Shown piece by piece: positions 20,472 to 31,247 of a stretch of 64,000 nt of DNA. Positions within the stretch are counted from its first letter, which is position 1. Each line of letters starts with the position of its first letter. Under the pieces are notes generated by a model. The model had not been told where the DNA came from. It did no database searches and worked only from the letters and a program-made list of their open reading frames with translations. Source of the DNA: an uncultured delta proteobacterium (GTDB lineage Bacteria > Desulfobacterota > Binatia > UBA9968); the NCBI GenBank assembly GCA_963840855.1, contig CAWJBB010000051.1, positions 1 to 64,000 on the forward strand. The letters are read 5' to 3'. Position numbers and translations under genes: made by a program.

Positions 20472-21358
20472 TTAGCGTCTACACACAGCGATGAGATATA
20501 CCGAATCCGGAAACACTTTCGGCGATATTTCTATGTCTTCAACGGTAAACGATTTCTCCGGACTCACTCCTTGCCTGGAGGCGTAGCCGTTTTCACCGAT
20601 AGGGTTTTCGGGGTATTCGATCCCGCGATTGCGATACCAGTCATGAAGCCTCGACAAACCGTTGCGTGTGCCGTGATAAATCTGTAACGGGCTGTGCTTT
20701 ACGATCGACGCCGAGTGCACGTGATGAACGACCGCCGTCGGAATGTAATAACACCGATGACCTTTTAGCTGGCCTCTGAAATCCAGATCGACATCTTCCA
20801 GAATTAGGAAAAAATCTTCGTCAAACAATCCAACATCCTCAAAGAAACATCTGCGATACAAAGCCGCTCCGGCGCAGGCACCGAAGACTTCCTCCACTTG
20901 ATCGTATCGACCGTTATCGTATTCCCGAATGCCTGATGTTTCTCCCTTGCCCGTCTGTTCCAAAACTATCTCCCGCCGAATTGACAACCCCCGACGCTAT
21001 CCCGGAAAAGCATCTTTGTCGCGAAGAAACTAATTTGAGGATGCGCAGCCGCCGCCTCGTCTAATTCTTTCAAACAATTCGGCTCGACGACAGTATCGTT
21101 ATTCAATAGAAAAATTAGTTTCGCCTCGCTCGCCCTGATCCCTTCATTCACTCCCCCCGCAAAACCTTTGTTTTCGGCGAGCGCGACAACCATCACTTCC
21201 GGATAATGGCTCCGGATAAACTCAACCGAGCCGTCCGTTGAGCCGTTGTCAACGATGATTACTTTGAAGGATCGAAAAGTTTGCTGTCGGAGCGATTCCA
21301 AGCACTCTTTCAGATGCTTCTTACCGTTCCAATTGGGAATGATGACGTCTATCAACAT
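20472..21358 (-). pseudogene. GT2 glycosyltransferase, frameshifted and apparently truncated onto an unrelated tail
   Basis: VIIPNWNG, VDNGSTDGS, LLNND, FDEDFF..EDVD; sequence stops resembling GT2 after HGTRN. Confidence 0.75.
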
Positions 21359-21562
21359 GAGACTCCATCTCGGATCGCGTGGATCTGTTATAGTGCGAGC
21401 GCGACGAAAGTTTATCCTATCTACTTGATTTTGGACCTTGGATCTTAGTCATTCCTTTTCGCTCGGCAAGATTAACTACTTGTTTGCACTTTCCGCAAAG
21501 CCGTTGCAAAGTACTCTTTACGAATGAGCAGCTCGATGCTGTCCTACCTTTCGACCGCCAAA

Positions 21563-23914
21563 TCAATATCCTTTCAGTGGCCTGATGATCCTGCGATATA
21601 ACCGATAAACCAATGTCCGGCGTACAGCATCGGCGAATACTACGTGTTTTTGCGCCTCCGCACGAAGCTGCCTATTTTCCTCCTCAAGGCTTTCCATTTT
21701 TTGCTCAGCCAGCGACAGATTGTAGAGGTGGGCCATTACCGCGTCATCCCCGTTTTGCAATGCGTTCTCTTGCTCCGTGTACCCCACTCTCGCCGCGTAA
21801 TTTAGCCATGCGTTGTATGCTCGAGCCGGAATTCCCTCATTTTCGCCGTCGGTCCGCTTTGCGACTGCGCGCAGCGACTCGGTCGTTTGTTTTAGGACCT
21901 TTTTTGACCAATACCCTTTGGAACCGTAATCCACACGCCAAGCCTTCACGGGCACGCCAAGCCTTTCTAACTCGTGGGTGTACCAACCCACCAACCTCTG
22001 CCGTTCGGCGAACCCTTCGAGTGTCAGCGTGTGCTTGTGACTGGCCTTGCATTCTTTTCTGAAATGCAGAACAAGCCCTGCCTTGAATAATCGGTACCCT
22101 AGTTCGATATCCTCCCAAAGCGCATGCTTGAAAATTTCAGAGTCAAAAAGCCCATGCGTGAGCGCGAATGATTTCTTGAAGGACAGATTGCCGCTCCAAA
22201 ACGCGCGCCAGCTCACATCCTCAGGATCTTGGCTCTCCACTTCGGCATAATTGAATTGCTGGCCTCCTTCCTTTGACGTCACGTGGCGCATCAACCCATT
22301 TACTTCGATGCCTTCTGCCCAATCGATAAAACCCAAACAGCAGTGACTGAGCTCGGAGTGCTCTCCGTGGAAACGTAGGTGATCGGCAACCAACGTAGGG
22401 ACGGCCAACATATCGTCACCCAAGAGGATGGAAATCTCCCCCGATGACTCCATAATGCCGAGATTCCGCGCGGCTGCCGGTCCCGCGTGGGGTTGACTTA
22501 GATAACGAAACATTAGCGGCGTTCTCGCCTGATATTCAGCCAAGAACTCCAATGTACCATCCTCGGAACCATCATCGACGACCACAAACTCAAACTCTTC
22601 CCTCGAAGCCGTTTGGTCCTCAATCGCCTGCACGCTCTCTCGAAGGATATTGAGCCGATTGAAGGTGGGCATGATAACAGATGCTTTATAGCGATGTGAC
22701 GGTCCGCCGATTGAAGCCGACGCAAAGAAGGACTGCACCTTCCCACCGGTACGTGACCCGTAGCCTAATAAATCCAACAGCGTAGGAAAGAGATCGACTA
22801 ATTCAACCGGGGCGGTGAATTTTCGCTGCGCATCGAAGCCGGTAATAATCAGCTTCGCCCAATTGCCTTGCACTTCTGGAAGATAACCGTGTAAACCTTT
22901 AAAAGCCTTTTCCCTTTGGAAATAGTTGGGAAAGATTCCGGTTTCGTCGTTCATGACGAAAATCAGTTCACCGAAGCGGTGATCTGAGAAACGAAAATGT
23001 AACCGTTCAAGATCGCTTTCCGCTAACAAGATTCCGTCTGGAATGTTTGCAAGCAGGGCAGCGATTCTTTTCCGTGCGACATCGTTGAAGCACCAGAATC
23101 TGGCTTGTGTCGAATCTAGAAAACAAATGTAATCCTTTTCCGGGACTAAACGGCTATCCCCAAGCAGCGATTGAATATCGATATTATTTTTAATCCTGAC
23201 CTGACCGTGGTCGCCAAAAATAATCCCTTGGACGACGTCGAAACTCTGATTCAATTCTGCAAACACCTTGCGAATCGCCTCGTCGATCTCCCGCAAGACG
23301 TTCTTTTGTTCGTCTGAATGCGGCCCAAACTCGTGACCGGCCCAATCCAGTTCTGAAAAATGGAGGTAGATAAACTCCTGGTCTCGAGAAAAATTTCTGT
23401 TGAATTCAGCTAGGACACCGACCGTCGTACCCGGTCCGTCGGGATACGCGATCCAGAGCCACTTCTTGTCATCCTCCCTGAGATAGTCAAACAAAGTTTT
23501 GTGAGATCCCAATGACATACGATCGGGCGTGTAATATTTTTCCGAGAAGTCGAAATACTTCAGCAGCGATAGGGGAATCTCGTGGCAACTCCCAATGAAT
23601 TTCACCAGCGAATGCCCGCGACGTTTGGCTTCCTCCCTCACTTCCCTCGTGATTCGGCTTCGATTGCCATCTCGGACATTGATGTTACGAAACGGTGATT
23701 CTTTGGGGTTGTAATAGAACATGTTCGCTACGCCGCAGTCTTCGGGTTGAAGCCCAGCAAAGAAGGCCGGGCGCAGCTCAAACGCAAACGTTTCCCGGAC
23801 GATGCCATCGATGTTTTGCTGGGCCAACTGGTGCAGAAACGGCGCATCCATAGAATTCACGTAATCGTGGCGAAAACCATCGACTAAGATGAGTATGACA
23901 ACTTTCTTTTTCAT
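21563..23914 (-). CDS. Alkaline-phosphatase/NPP-family domain fused to GT2, with a coiled-coil tail
   Basis: LVDGFRHDY, LDWAGHEFGP, FGDHG and GLHGY, then VIMPTFNR, VDDGS, LGDD and WEDIELGYRL. Confidence 0.85.
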   Translation of the reverse strand: MKKKVVILILVDGFRHDYVNSMDAPFLHQLAQQNIDGIVRETFAFELRPAFFAGLQPEDCGVANMFYYNPKESPFRNINVRDGNRSRITREVREEAKRRGHSLVKFIGSCHEIPLSLLKYFDFSEKYYTPDRMSLGSHKTLFDYLREDDKKWLWIAYPDGPGTTVGVLAEFNRNFSRDQEFIYLHFSELDWAGHEFGPHSDEQKNVLREIDEAIRKVFAELNQSFDVVQGIIFGDHGQVRIKNNIDIQSLLGDSRLVPEKDYICFLDSTQARFWCFNDVARKRIAALLANIPDGILLAESDLERLHFRFSDHRFGELIFVMNDETGIFPNYFQREKAFKGLHGYLPEVQGNWAKLIITGFDAQRKFTAPVELVDLFPTLLDLLGYGSRTGGKVQSFFASASIGGPSHRYKASVIMPTFNRLNILRESVQAIEDQTASREEFEFVVVDDGSEDGTLEFLAEYQARTPLMFRYLSQPHAGPAAARNLGIMESSGEISILLGDDMLAVPTLVADHLRFHGEHSELSHCCLGFIDWAEGIEVNGLMRHVTSKEGGQQFNYAEVESQDPEDVSWRAFWSGNLSFKKSFALTHGLFDSEIFKHALWEDIELGYRLFKAGLVLHFRKECKASHKHTLTLEGFAERQRLVGWYTHELERLGVPVKAWRVDYGSKGYWSKKVLKQTTESLRAVAKRTDGENEGIPARAYNAWLNYAARVGYTEQENALQNGDDAVMAHLYNLSLAEQKMESLEEENRQLRAEAQKHVVFADAVRRTLVYRLYRRIIRPLKGY

Positions 23915-23920
23915 AGGATT

Positions 23921-24961
23921 TTAATGATACAATTCGTGCCACAACCGTACGGTACTAGCTCTTAAAGTCTCCCATTCTATATGAGGAAATGAGCCCTTTG
24001 AGATACGCTCCAGCGTGCGACGTGCTTGCAACAAAATAAGACGGCGAGAGAGAAACGGAGCGTGCCTACTCAATAGAAGCATTAATTCTACAGTCTCGAT
24101 AGGGTTGCTGGTAATCGGAGCACGGTGATGACCTAAGGCAAGCCGCCCCCATAACCCCAGGCTCGAACGAAACAATCGTGGTGCGAAATATGTGACAAGA
24201 ACCTTGATGTACTCGGAGATCGTTTCATCCCAATAAGCGATTGTATCTAGGTCCGGCGACTCCGATGGGCGAAGCTTAAACTCAGTAGCTTGGCTGTTTA
24301 GTCGCCGCAGCCTATGCCACTCAGCAAACTCCACGTCAAAAATGTTTCGACGCGCTATGTAGCTGTGGTGATACTTCCCCTTAACCATGAGTAGCGCCTC
24401 CACGCATGCGGAGACGACCTTGCCTGTTTGATTGACCAAGAAAAACTTTTCCTCGCCGTTTATCCCATGTTGGACAAAGTTTTCGGAGAACCCCTCAAGC
24501 GCGCATACCATTCGATTGAGGAGCAGAGTTTTGCCCGACCGATGGTCAACGTCGCTGTTTCTATATGGTGGAATTTGATCGAGTATATTTTCACCCCACA
24601 AAAGAGTGCCTCCGTATTTAAGATCATAATGAACTTGGGTGGCTGATAATTGCTGAAGATCGGAGTATCTAATCGGCATGAGATCGATCGACCTGATTTT
24701 CACTTGCTTTGCGAGACTGCGGCTTAACGGCTTAAAGTCCACTCCGTCGAGATCGGAAACCACTACAAAAATATCGTAGTCGTTAACCGGGCGAATTGCG
24801 GTCCCGGTAATCAATACCCCCCCCTCGCCACGGCCAAAGCCACCTCCGAGAACGATCGCGCGCACGGGTAACGCTTCGCGAATTCGATCCGTGATAAACT
24901 CAAGGTCTCTTTCGATGACCACGTCAATCTTCTTATCGTCCCTGACTGTATAAGTTCCCAT
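23921..24961 (-). CDS. Pol-beta-superfamily nucleotidyltransferase-like protein
   Basis: AIVLGGGFGRGEG...NDYDIFVV (hG[GS]..GRGE plus DxD). Confidence 0.75.
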   Translation of the reverse strand: MGTYTVRDDKKIDVVIERDLEFITDRIREALPVRAIVLGGGFGRGEGGVLITGTAIRPVNDYDIFVVVSDLDGVDFKPLSRSLAKQVKIRSIDLMPIRYSDLQQLSATQVHYDLKYGGTLLWGENILDQIPPYRNSDVDHRSGKTLLLNRMVCALEGFSENFVQHGINGEEKFFLVNQTGKVVSACVEALLMVKGKYHHSYIARRNIFDVEFAEWHRLRRLNSQATEFKLRPSESPDLDTIAYWDETISEYIKVLVTYFAPRLFRSSLGLWGRLALGHHRAPITSNPIETVELMLLLSRHAPFLSRRLILLQARRTLERISKGSFPHIEWETLRASTVRLWHELYH

Positions 24962-24964
24962 CGG

Positions 24965-25714
24965 TCAACTTTTTTCAAATACGACGTAGTACTGCCACGC
25001 ACGTCCGATCCGGACATAACGATCTAGGGGTAGGAGTAGACGCAGCAACGGGAAAATCCAGTATCGTATCCGTTCATTAAAGCTGAAGAAGATCTCCATC
25101 AGATAAGAACCCACCCAACGACAGTATACCCGCTCTTTTACCGGTAGGAGCCGCGATGCTCCAAAAACCGATTTGAGCGTATCGATAGTCAGGTCATATC
25201 TTACATGGCCCATGAATCCCCGATGTAAGCATTCATCCGACACGGCAAATCTCCCCATTAGGACTTTCGTGACCGTTGCCGGCAAACGCGTTAAAAAAAA
25301 TGCGCGCAATTTGAATGGCGGCTCCCAGTAACCATCGACGGTTGAGATCATGCATGATTTACCGCGCTTGAGTACCCGCGAGATCTCCGGCACGATCTCT
25401 TCGAAATGTTCTACATGCTCAAGCACGTCCGAGCAAAACACGAAATCAAAGGCGCCTTCTTTGAAGGGTAATTCTTGGCCCGTTGCAATCGCGACACGGA
25501 CATCCGAAAGTCGCTGGCGAATGCCATGGTCTGCGGTATCTACAGCGTATACTTTGTTGCCGCGACCTCGAAGGTATTGCGTAAAATGGCCGTCGAGACA
25601 GCCAATGTTGAGGACCTGGGAATGTTTGATCCTTGCTATCTCCGGGAGAATATAGACCATCCGAAGATAGCGATTGAGGGCCATCACGTTCCCGAATAAT
25701 TTTTCGTATAACAT
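24965..25714 (-). CDS. Class I SAM methyltransferase
   Basis: VLNIGCLDG, FDFVFCSDVLEHV, RVLKRG. Confidence 0.88.
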   Translation of the reverse strand: MLYEKLFGNVMALNRYLRMVYILPEIARIKHSQVLNIGCLDGHFTQYLRGRGNKVYAVDTADHGIRQRLSDVRVAIATGQELPFKEGAFDFVFCSDVLEHVEHFEEIVPEISRVLKRGKSCMISTVDGYWEPPFKLRAFFLTRLPATVTKVLMGRFAVSDECLHRGFMGHVRYDLTIDTLKSVFGASRLLPVKERVYCRWVGSYLMEIFFSFNERIRYWIFPLLRLLLPLDRYVRIGRAWQYYVVFEKS

Positions 25715-25730
25715 CCCGGTACCAACCGAA

Positions 25731-27009
25731 TTAGATGAATTGGATTGAAATTTCCGAGCTCAGATTGCAGGACCCTAAAAACACATCGTCTTGCATGACG
25801 CTAAATTTGATAACGTCGGCCATCCAATCAAGCCGCACAAGCCCACCTGCCCGCTTTTCGTTGACCGCAACGTTGACGAAATACTCTCCTTGCCCCAGCA
25901 ACAGTTTTTGCTTGAAACTAATTTCGACCACATCGCCTGATTTGCAGGGTTCTACAATAGAATTTTTCCACAGCGTATTGGTCCCATACATCTCAACCCC
26001 TCTCTTGTCTCGAATCGTAATCCCGAAGACAGCGTCATTTACACATTCACTGAATCGAACGCGGATCTTAAAAGTTGTCTCCACCCCGGACGTCACGGTA
26101 TCCACGGCATTGAGTTGCGCATCTAGGAGCGTAGCACTGACAATTTCGGCCGTCGCCGTCCCAAATCTGTGAGTATCGCCGGTGGAATTTCGAGCGGCAA
26201 ACTCCTGCGTCGAGACCAGTTTTGTCTGCAACGATTTAGCCGCTATTCGTTCGAAGATCATCCCGTTATAGAGATCAATGATAACTTTCGGTTCTCCTCT
26301 TTGAATTAACGACCCACCATCCAACCAGATTGTTTCTTGGCAATAGCGTCGAATGGCGTTCATGTCGTGGGAGACAAACAAAATTGTAAATCCCTGTTTT
26401 TGAAACTGCTCAAGAGCCGTGAAACATTTTTGTACGAAATAGACATCACCCACCGCCAGCGCCTCGTCGATGAGTAAGATTTCGGGCTCCGAATGTATCG
26501 CGACCGAAAATCCAACCTCACATACATTCCCGAGGAATAGTACTTCACGGGAGTGTCGATGAACTCCCATAGGTCTGCGAAGTCGACGATTTCGTCAAAC
26601 TTCTCCTCCATTTCCTTCTTATTTAGACCCAGAATCGCTCCGCTCAGGTGAATATTCTCGCGGCCGGTGAGCATCGGATGGAAACCCGCGCCCAATTCAA
26701 GCAGTCCGCCCACCCGGCCATGGACGCGAATCGTGCCCTTATCCGGCAAAATGACGCCATTGAGCAGTTTTAGTAGCGTGCTCTTGCCGGCGCCGTTGGC
26801 GCCGATCAGGCCGAGACATTCGCCGCGTTTGACTTCGAAGGAGACATCGTTCAGTGCCCAGAACTCATCGCGGCGCAATTCCGTCTGACTCCGGTGTTAT
26901 GCCGAAAACATCTTTAGCAACGTCTTGTACGCCATAGACTAACGTTCGTTTGAGAGATCGGCAAAATTTCTTGCCGACTCCTTGAAATGGATCCTACGTC
27001 GTTTGTCAT
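25731..27009 (-). CDS. wzt: Polysaccharide ABC exporter ATPase with C-terminal carbohydrate-binding domain; several indels
   Basis: [39 protein letters not shown], Wzt_C-like beta domain. Confidence 0.88.
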
Positions 27010-27025
27010 TGCGACATCCTCATCT

Positions 27026-27937
27026 CTACGCATACGCCGCGGCGCGCAGAATCGTTACGCGAAAGGCGCGCCAACCTACAAGCAGCACGGCGACTGCAAA
27101 CAAACATGCGGCAGCGAAGATTTCCGGTCTCGTTAACGAGCCCGCGGCAATCAAGTCTTGGGTGGCCGTCAATAGAGGGCTGAGAGGATTCAGATAATTG
27201 ATCAGCGTGAACGGCCAACGAACCGGCGGCGGATAAAGCACCGGCGTAAGAAACATGCCGATGGTGAGCGCCGTGCCGAGGGCGTTGCCGGTGTCCTTAA
27301 TTGCCAGATTGGCGATGCTCAAAATAAACCCAACTCCTAGCGCCAAAAATATCACGGGACATAGCGCTAGAGGTAGAAAAAATACGCCCCAGGATGGCGT
27401 GAAGCCATACCAGATAAAGACCACGATTACCGGCACGAGCCTGACAAAGAAATCGAATATCGGCTGGCCGATTGCGGCTATGACTACGGCCTCGCGTGGA
27501 AAATTAATTTTGGTGACGAGAGATCCCGACGAGGCCAGGCTCGTTGTGCAGGCGGATAGACACCCCGCGAAAAGCTGCCAAACACTGATACCCCACGCCG
27601 CATAGATAACATACGGGATCGCGGTTTTGCCCATCGGCACGACCCGCCAGGCATTCAACATGGCGAATGCCCCCACAGTAACGATTTGCGGTATTACCGC
27701 CCAGAGATAGCCCAACACCGACTGGCGATAGCGCACGGAAATGTCGCGCAGTATTAAAAGCCAAATCAATCTGCGGCTGTCTACAAGGTCGTTAACCATG
27801 ATCCCCCAACCCGCCATACCGTTCCGGCGAACGCCGGTAGGAGTGTAGATAATTTCGATCTCCTCCCGGCGGGCAGAGATATGCGGTCGGACAGTGGACT
27901 CTTGATCGGGAACCGCGCTATTCATTGAACTTAACAA
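27026..27937 (-). CDS. wzm: Polysaccharide ABC exporter permease
   Basis: RDISVRYRQSVLGYLW, LVTKINFPRE, FLTPVLYP, LNPL. Confidence 0.93.
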   Translation of the reverse strand: MLSSMNSAVPDQESTVRPHISARREEIEIIYTPTGVRRNGMAGWGIMVNDLVDSRRLIWLLILRDISVRYRQSVLGYLWAVIPQIVTVGAFAMLNAWRVVPMGKTAIPYVIYAAWGISVWQLFAGCLSACTTSLASSGSLVTKINFPREAVVIAAIGQPIFDFFVRLVPVIVVFIWYGFTPSWGVFFLPLALCPVIFLALGVGFILSIANLAIKDTGNALGTALTIGMFLTPVLYPPPVRWPFTLINYLNPLSPLLTATQDLIAAGSLTRPEIFAAACLFAVAVLLVGWRAFRVTILRAAAYA

Positions 27938-28102
27938 ACACGGGATCGACGGAATCCGTCGCGTTGAGCGACAAAATTTTGACGATCCGGCGAATATTAT
28001 ACTTGAACAAACCTATTTCAACGAGAAATATTTCTATGAGCAATTTTGGGACCACTCGAAGAGTAGGTTTTCACCTACCGCATCAGTCGGCTTCAAGCTA
28101 TA

Positions 28103-29287
28103 ATGGCGAAAAATAGCTTTAAAGCAGCCCGTTCGGATAGCTCGATTCACTGCCCCCATTATATGAAAATTCTCGTCCTCACGAAACGCCAGTACTCGGG
28201 CTATGACCTTCTTGACCATCGCTTCGGAAGGCTCCGCGAGCTGCCCCTGGAATTGGCTGGCTTAGGACATGTCGTCATGGGCATTGCTCTCAGTTATAGG
28301 CGTAGGGATGAACAAACTATTACAGACAGCGACCCGTCGGGAAAAATCAATGTAACTTGGCACCCTATCAACCTAAGGAGCGGTCTTGTGCCGCGTTTGA
28401 ATCGCTACGAGGCACGCGCGCTTGATATTGCGAAAGTATTCGGCCCCGACGTAATATGGGCCTGTTCGGATGCCTATCACGCAATTTTCGGAATCCGACT
28501 GGCCGCGAAGCTTGGAGTTCGCTGTATTGTCGATCTCTACGATAACTTTGAAAGCTTTAAAGCGACATGGGTGCCGGGTGTCTTGCCGCGTTTCAAACGC
28601 GCCGTGCAAAGCGCTGACGGCGTAACTTGTGTAAGCCATTCGCTCGCGAAGCTCATTGCCTCTAGTTATGGCCGTCAAGGGGCTTCTTTAGTTCTTGAAA
28701 ACTCCGCGCGTACAGACCTCTTTGCTCCCCGTGAGCGGAGCGCCTGTCGCAAGCAACTAGGGCTGCCGGAACAGGCGCTAATCATCGGTACCGCCGGGGC
28801 GCTGGATAAGAGCCGAGGAGTTAATGCCCTTTTCCGCGCCTTTGAGCTTCTTCTGACGAAAAAACCAGCGCTCCACTTGGCCCTCGCAGGTCCGCGCAGC
28901 CGGTTTAGTAAAATCCCTATGGAACCCATGGTTCATGACTTAGGGACGCTGCCTTTAGACGTAGTACCGGCGCTTTTCAACGCTTTGGACCTGGCTGTGA
29001 TATGCAACCGAAATTCCGCATTCGGGCGCCACTGCTTCCCTCAAAAAGCCTATGAAATTATTGCCTGCCGCGTGCCGCTCGTCGCGGCCGCTGTGGGGTC
29101 GATGAACGAGCTGCTCAGTGAATATCCCGAATGTTTGTATGAGCCGGAGAATGCAAACAGCTTGGCGCAGGTCATCGAACGGCAACTGGAGGCAAGAACC
29201 ATTGTCGATTTGCGAGCGCCTTCTTGGGCCGAATCAGCAAGGGAGTTAGAAGCTTATTTTCAGGAGGTGCTCCGGGGCCGCGCATAA
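28103..29287 (+). CDS. GT4 glycosyltransferase
   Basis: GT-B C-terminal FPQKAYEIIACRVP; ATG probably at about 28163 (MKILVL). Confidence 0.85.
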   Translation: MAKNSFKAARSDSSIHCPHYMKILVLTKRQYSGYDLLDHRFGRLRELPLELAGLGHVVMGIALSYRRRDEQTITDSDPSGKINVTWHPINLRSGLVPRLNRYEARALDIAKVFGPDVIWACSDAYHAIFGIRLAAKLGVRCIVDLYDNFESFKATWVPGVLPRFKRAVQSADGVTCVSHSLAKLIASSYGRQGASLVLENSARTDLFAPRERSACRKQLGLPEQALIIGTAGALDKSRGVNALFRAFELLLTKKPALHLALAGPRSRFSKIPMEPMVHDLGTLPLDVVPALFNALDLAVICNRNSAFGRHCFPQKAYEIIACRVPLVAAAVGSMNELLSEYPECLYEPENANSLAQVIERQLEARTIVDLRAPSWAESARELEAYFQEVLRGRA

Positions 29288-29311
29288 TCTGACTTTACCT
29301 CGCCGGCCGGG

Positions 29312-30446
29312 CTAACAGCCAAAAACTTCTTCATATCGCGCGACTATAGCCTTCCAGGAAAATTCCGTTTGCACCCTTTGCTTGGCAAATTCACCCATAA
29401 CCAAGCGCCGTTCATCGTCGATTAGCAATTCAATCACCGACCGGCTTAGCTCTCCGTAGTCACCCGTTTTTACCAAGATCCCGCTTACACCGTCGGCGAC
29501 GGCGTCGGGAATACCGCCAACTCTGGTTGCGACCACCGGTTTCCCCACCGCCGCCGCCTCCAGCAAAACCATGCCGAAGCCCTCGACATCTTCCGCCGAT
29601 GCCAACGCGGGCAGCACGACAACGTCACAGCACTGATAGAGTTTCACTAACTCTTCATCGCTCACCTCTCCCGTGATCCGCGCATGATCGCGCAGCCCCA
29701 GCTCCCGCACCGCGGCTTGAATCTCTGAGAGCACATCGTCGCGATGGGCCAGAGACTCCGTTGGATTGCCGCCGGCGACCACGAAATACGCCCGCGGTGC
29801 CTCACGCACAATGACGGGCAGGCAATTCTGGATAAATTCTTTCACTCCTTTGCGCCGCGCCAGCCGGCCGACGAAAAGAATGACCCTTCTTCCCGCCAAG
29901 CCGGTTTCTATTTTTAACTCCTCGGAATTCGCTGCTGGGGTAAATCGCGCCGTATCGACGCCGAGTGGAATAACGGAGATCGACTCCCGAGAGACTCCAC
30001 GCTCCGCGCCGAGCGAGGCGGTGTAACTACTATTGGCGACCGTTCGGTCGCAGTATCGTAACCACCGCACGCAGAGAACCTGATAGAAAATGGAACCGTA
30101 GACGAGATCCAATCCATGCGCTTGCACCACCGCTTTTCGGCGGAACAGGCGCGCCAAGAGAAACACCAGCGGCGTGACCATCACGCTCCCGCCGAAGACC
30201 ACCTCGATCTCCGGGTTCCGAATGAGCGATATCGCGCCCCGCCATATCGCGTAGAAAGCGAAAGGAACCAGACCGGGCCACGGCGCGCGAAAGACTCCGT
30301 CTTCGCCAGAAGCCGCGTTCGCGGCGTGGGCTCGTAATGACAAACACTGAATGGCTTTTTTTGAGGCCCGCTGTGAGCTGGCCCATTAGGTTTTCGATGC
30401 CGCCGCGCCGCGGCGGAAAATTCCAGGTGACGAACAGAATACCCAT
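29312..30446 (-). CDS. GT4 glycosyltransferase (PimB-like); one indel near 30335
   Basis: TWNFPPRRGGIE, FVGRLARRKG, EGFGMVLLEA. Confidence 0.88.
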
Positions 30447-30457
30447 CCGCGCGCTCG

Positions 30458-31193
30458 TTATTTTTTTAACGAGCAGTGATAATACACCTGGTACTGCCAA
30501 AACAGCGGCCAGATAGGCAACATCAATGCCTGGGTCAGTCGAACCGGCCAGAAATACCACGGCCCGAGCGTGATCCAGCTCGTGGACAAGACATGCAGGT
30601 CGCGCCAGCGCTTGACGATAGTAAGACCGGCGGACTCGAAAAGTTCTTGCCAACCCTCCAGAGACCGAAGCACCTCGCGCACGCTCGATTGGTCTGTCCC
30701 GCCGTAGAGTCCCAGCCGCGAGGGAGGAAAGTCTGCGTTCGGAACTAGCAGAAGAAACTCCGCATCGGGCGTAGCTACTCGAACCATCTCTCGTAGAGCT
30801 CTGGTGGGGTCAAGAAAATGCTCGAGCGCGCCGAGACAGGAAACAAAATCGAACTGTCCGTCGGCAAAGGGCAGTTTTTCCGCTGGCCCGCAATGAAGCT
30901 CCGCATGGGGCAACGCATCCCGGCAAACATCCAAGGCCACTCGAGAGAGATCGACTCCCGCCGGGACAGCGCCGAGGGCGGCGGTCGCGCGCAACCAGAG
31001 GCCGGTCCCGCACGCAACGTCCAAAATTCTTTTCTCGTTCCACGGCTGGAAGCGGGTTGCCAACCGCCCGAGATGCCCGGGCACCTCCGCTGGCACCGGA
31101 GCGGCCACCGTAATACACGCGATCGTAGAAGTCGCGAACCGCATCGTGGTCGAGGCAATCCATTTGCTCATCTCTGCTCGTCCGAATCGTCAC
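30458..31193 (-). CDS. Class I SAM methyltransferase; indel near the 5' end
   Basis: ILDVACGTG, LPFADGQFD, LGALEHF. Confidence 0.85.
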
Positions 31194-31247
31194 AGCAGTG
31201 TCAAAATTTCCACGTACCGGCGGTGGAGTTTAATCGAACCAGAGCCT

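Noticed and set aside
23921-24961. CBASS cyclase or MNT-HEPN antitoxin
   Set aside because: No effector, Cap or HEPN partner gene nearby; it is embedded in a glycan operon
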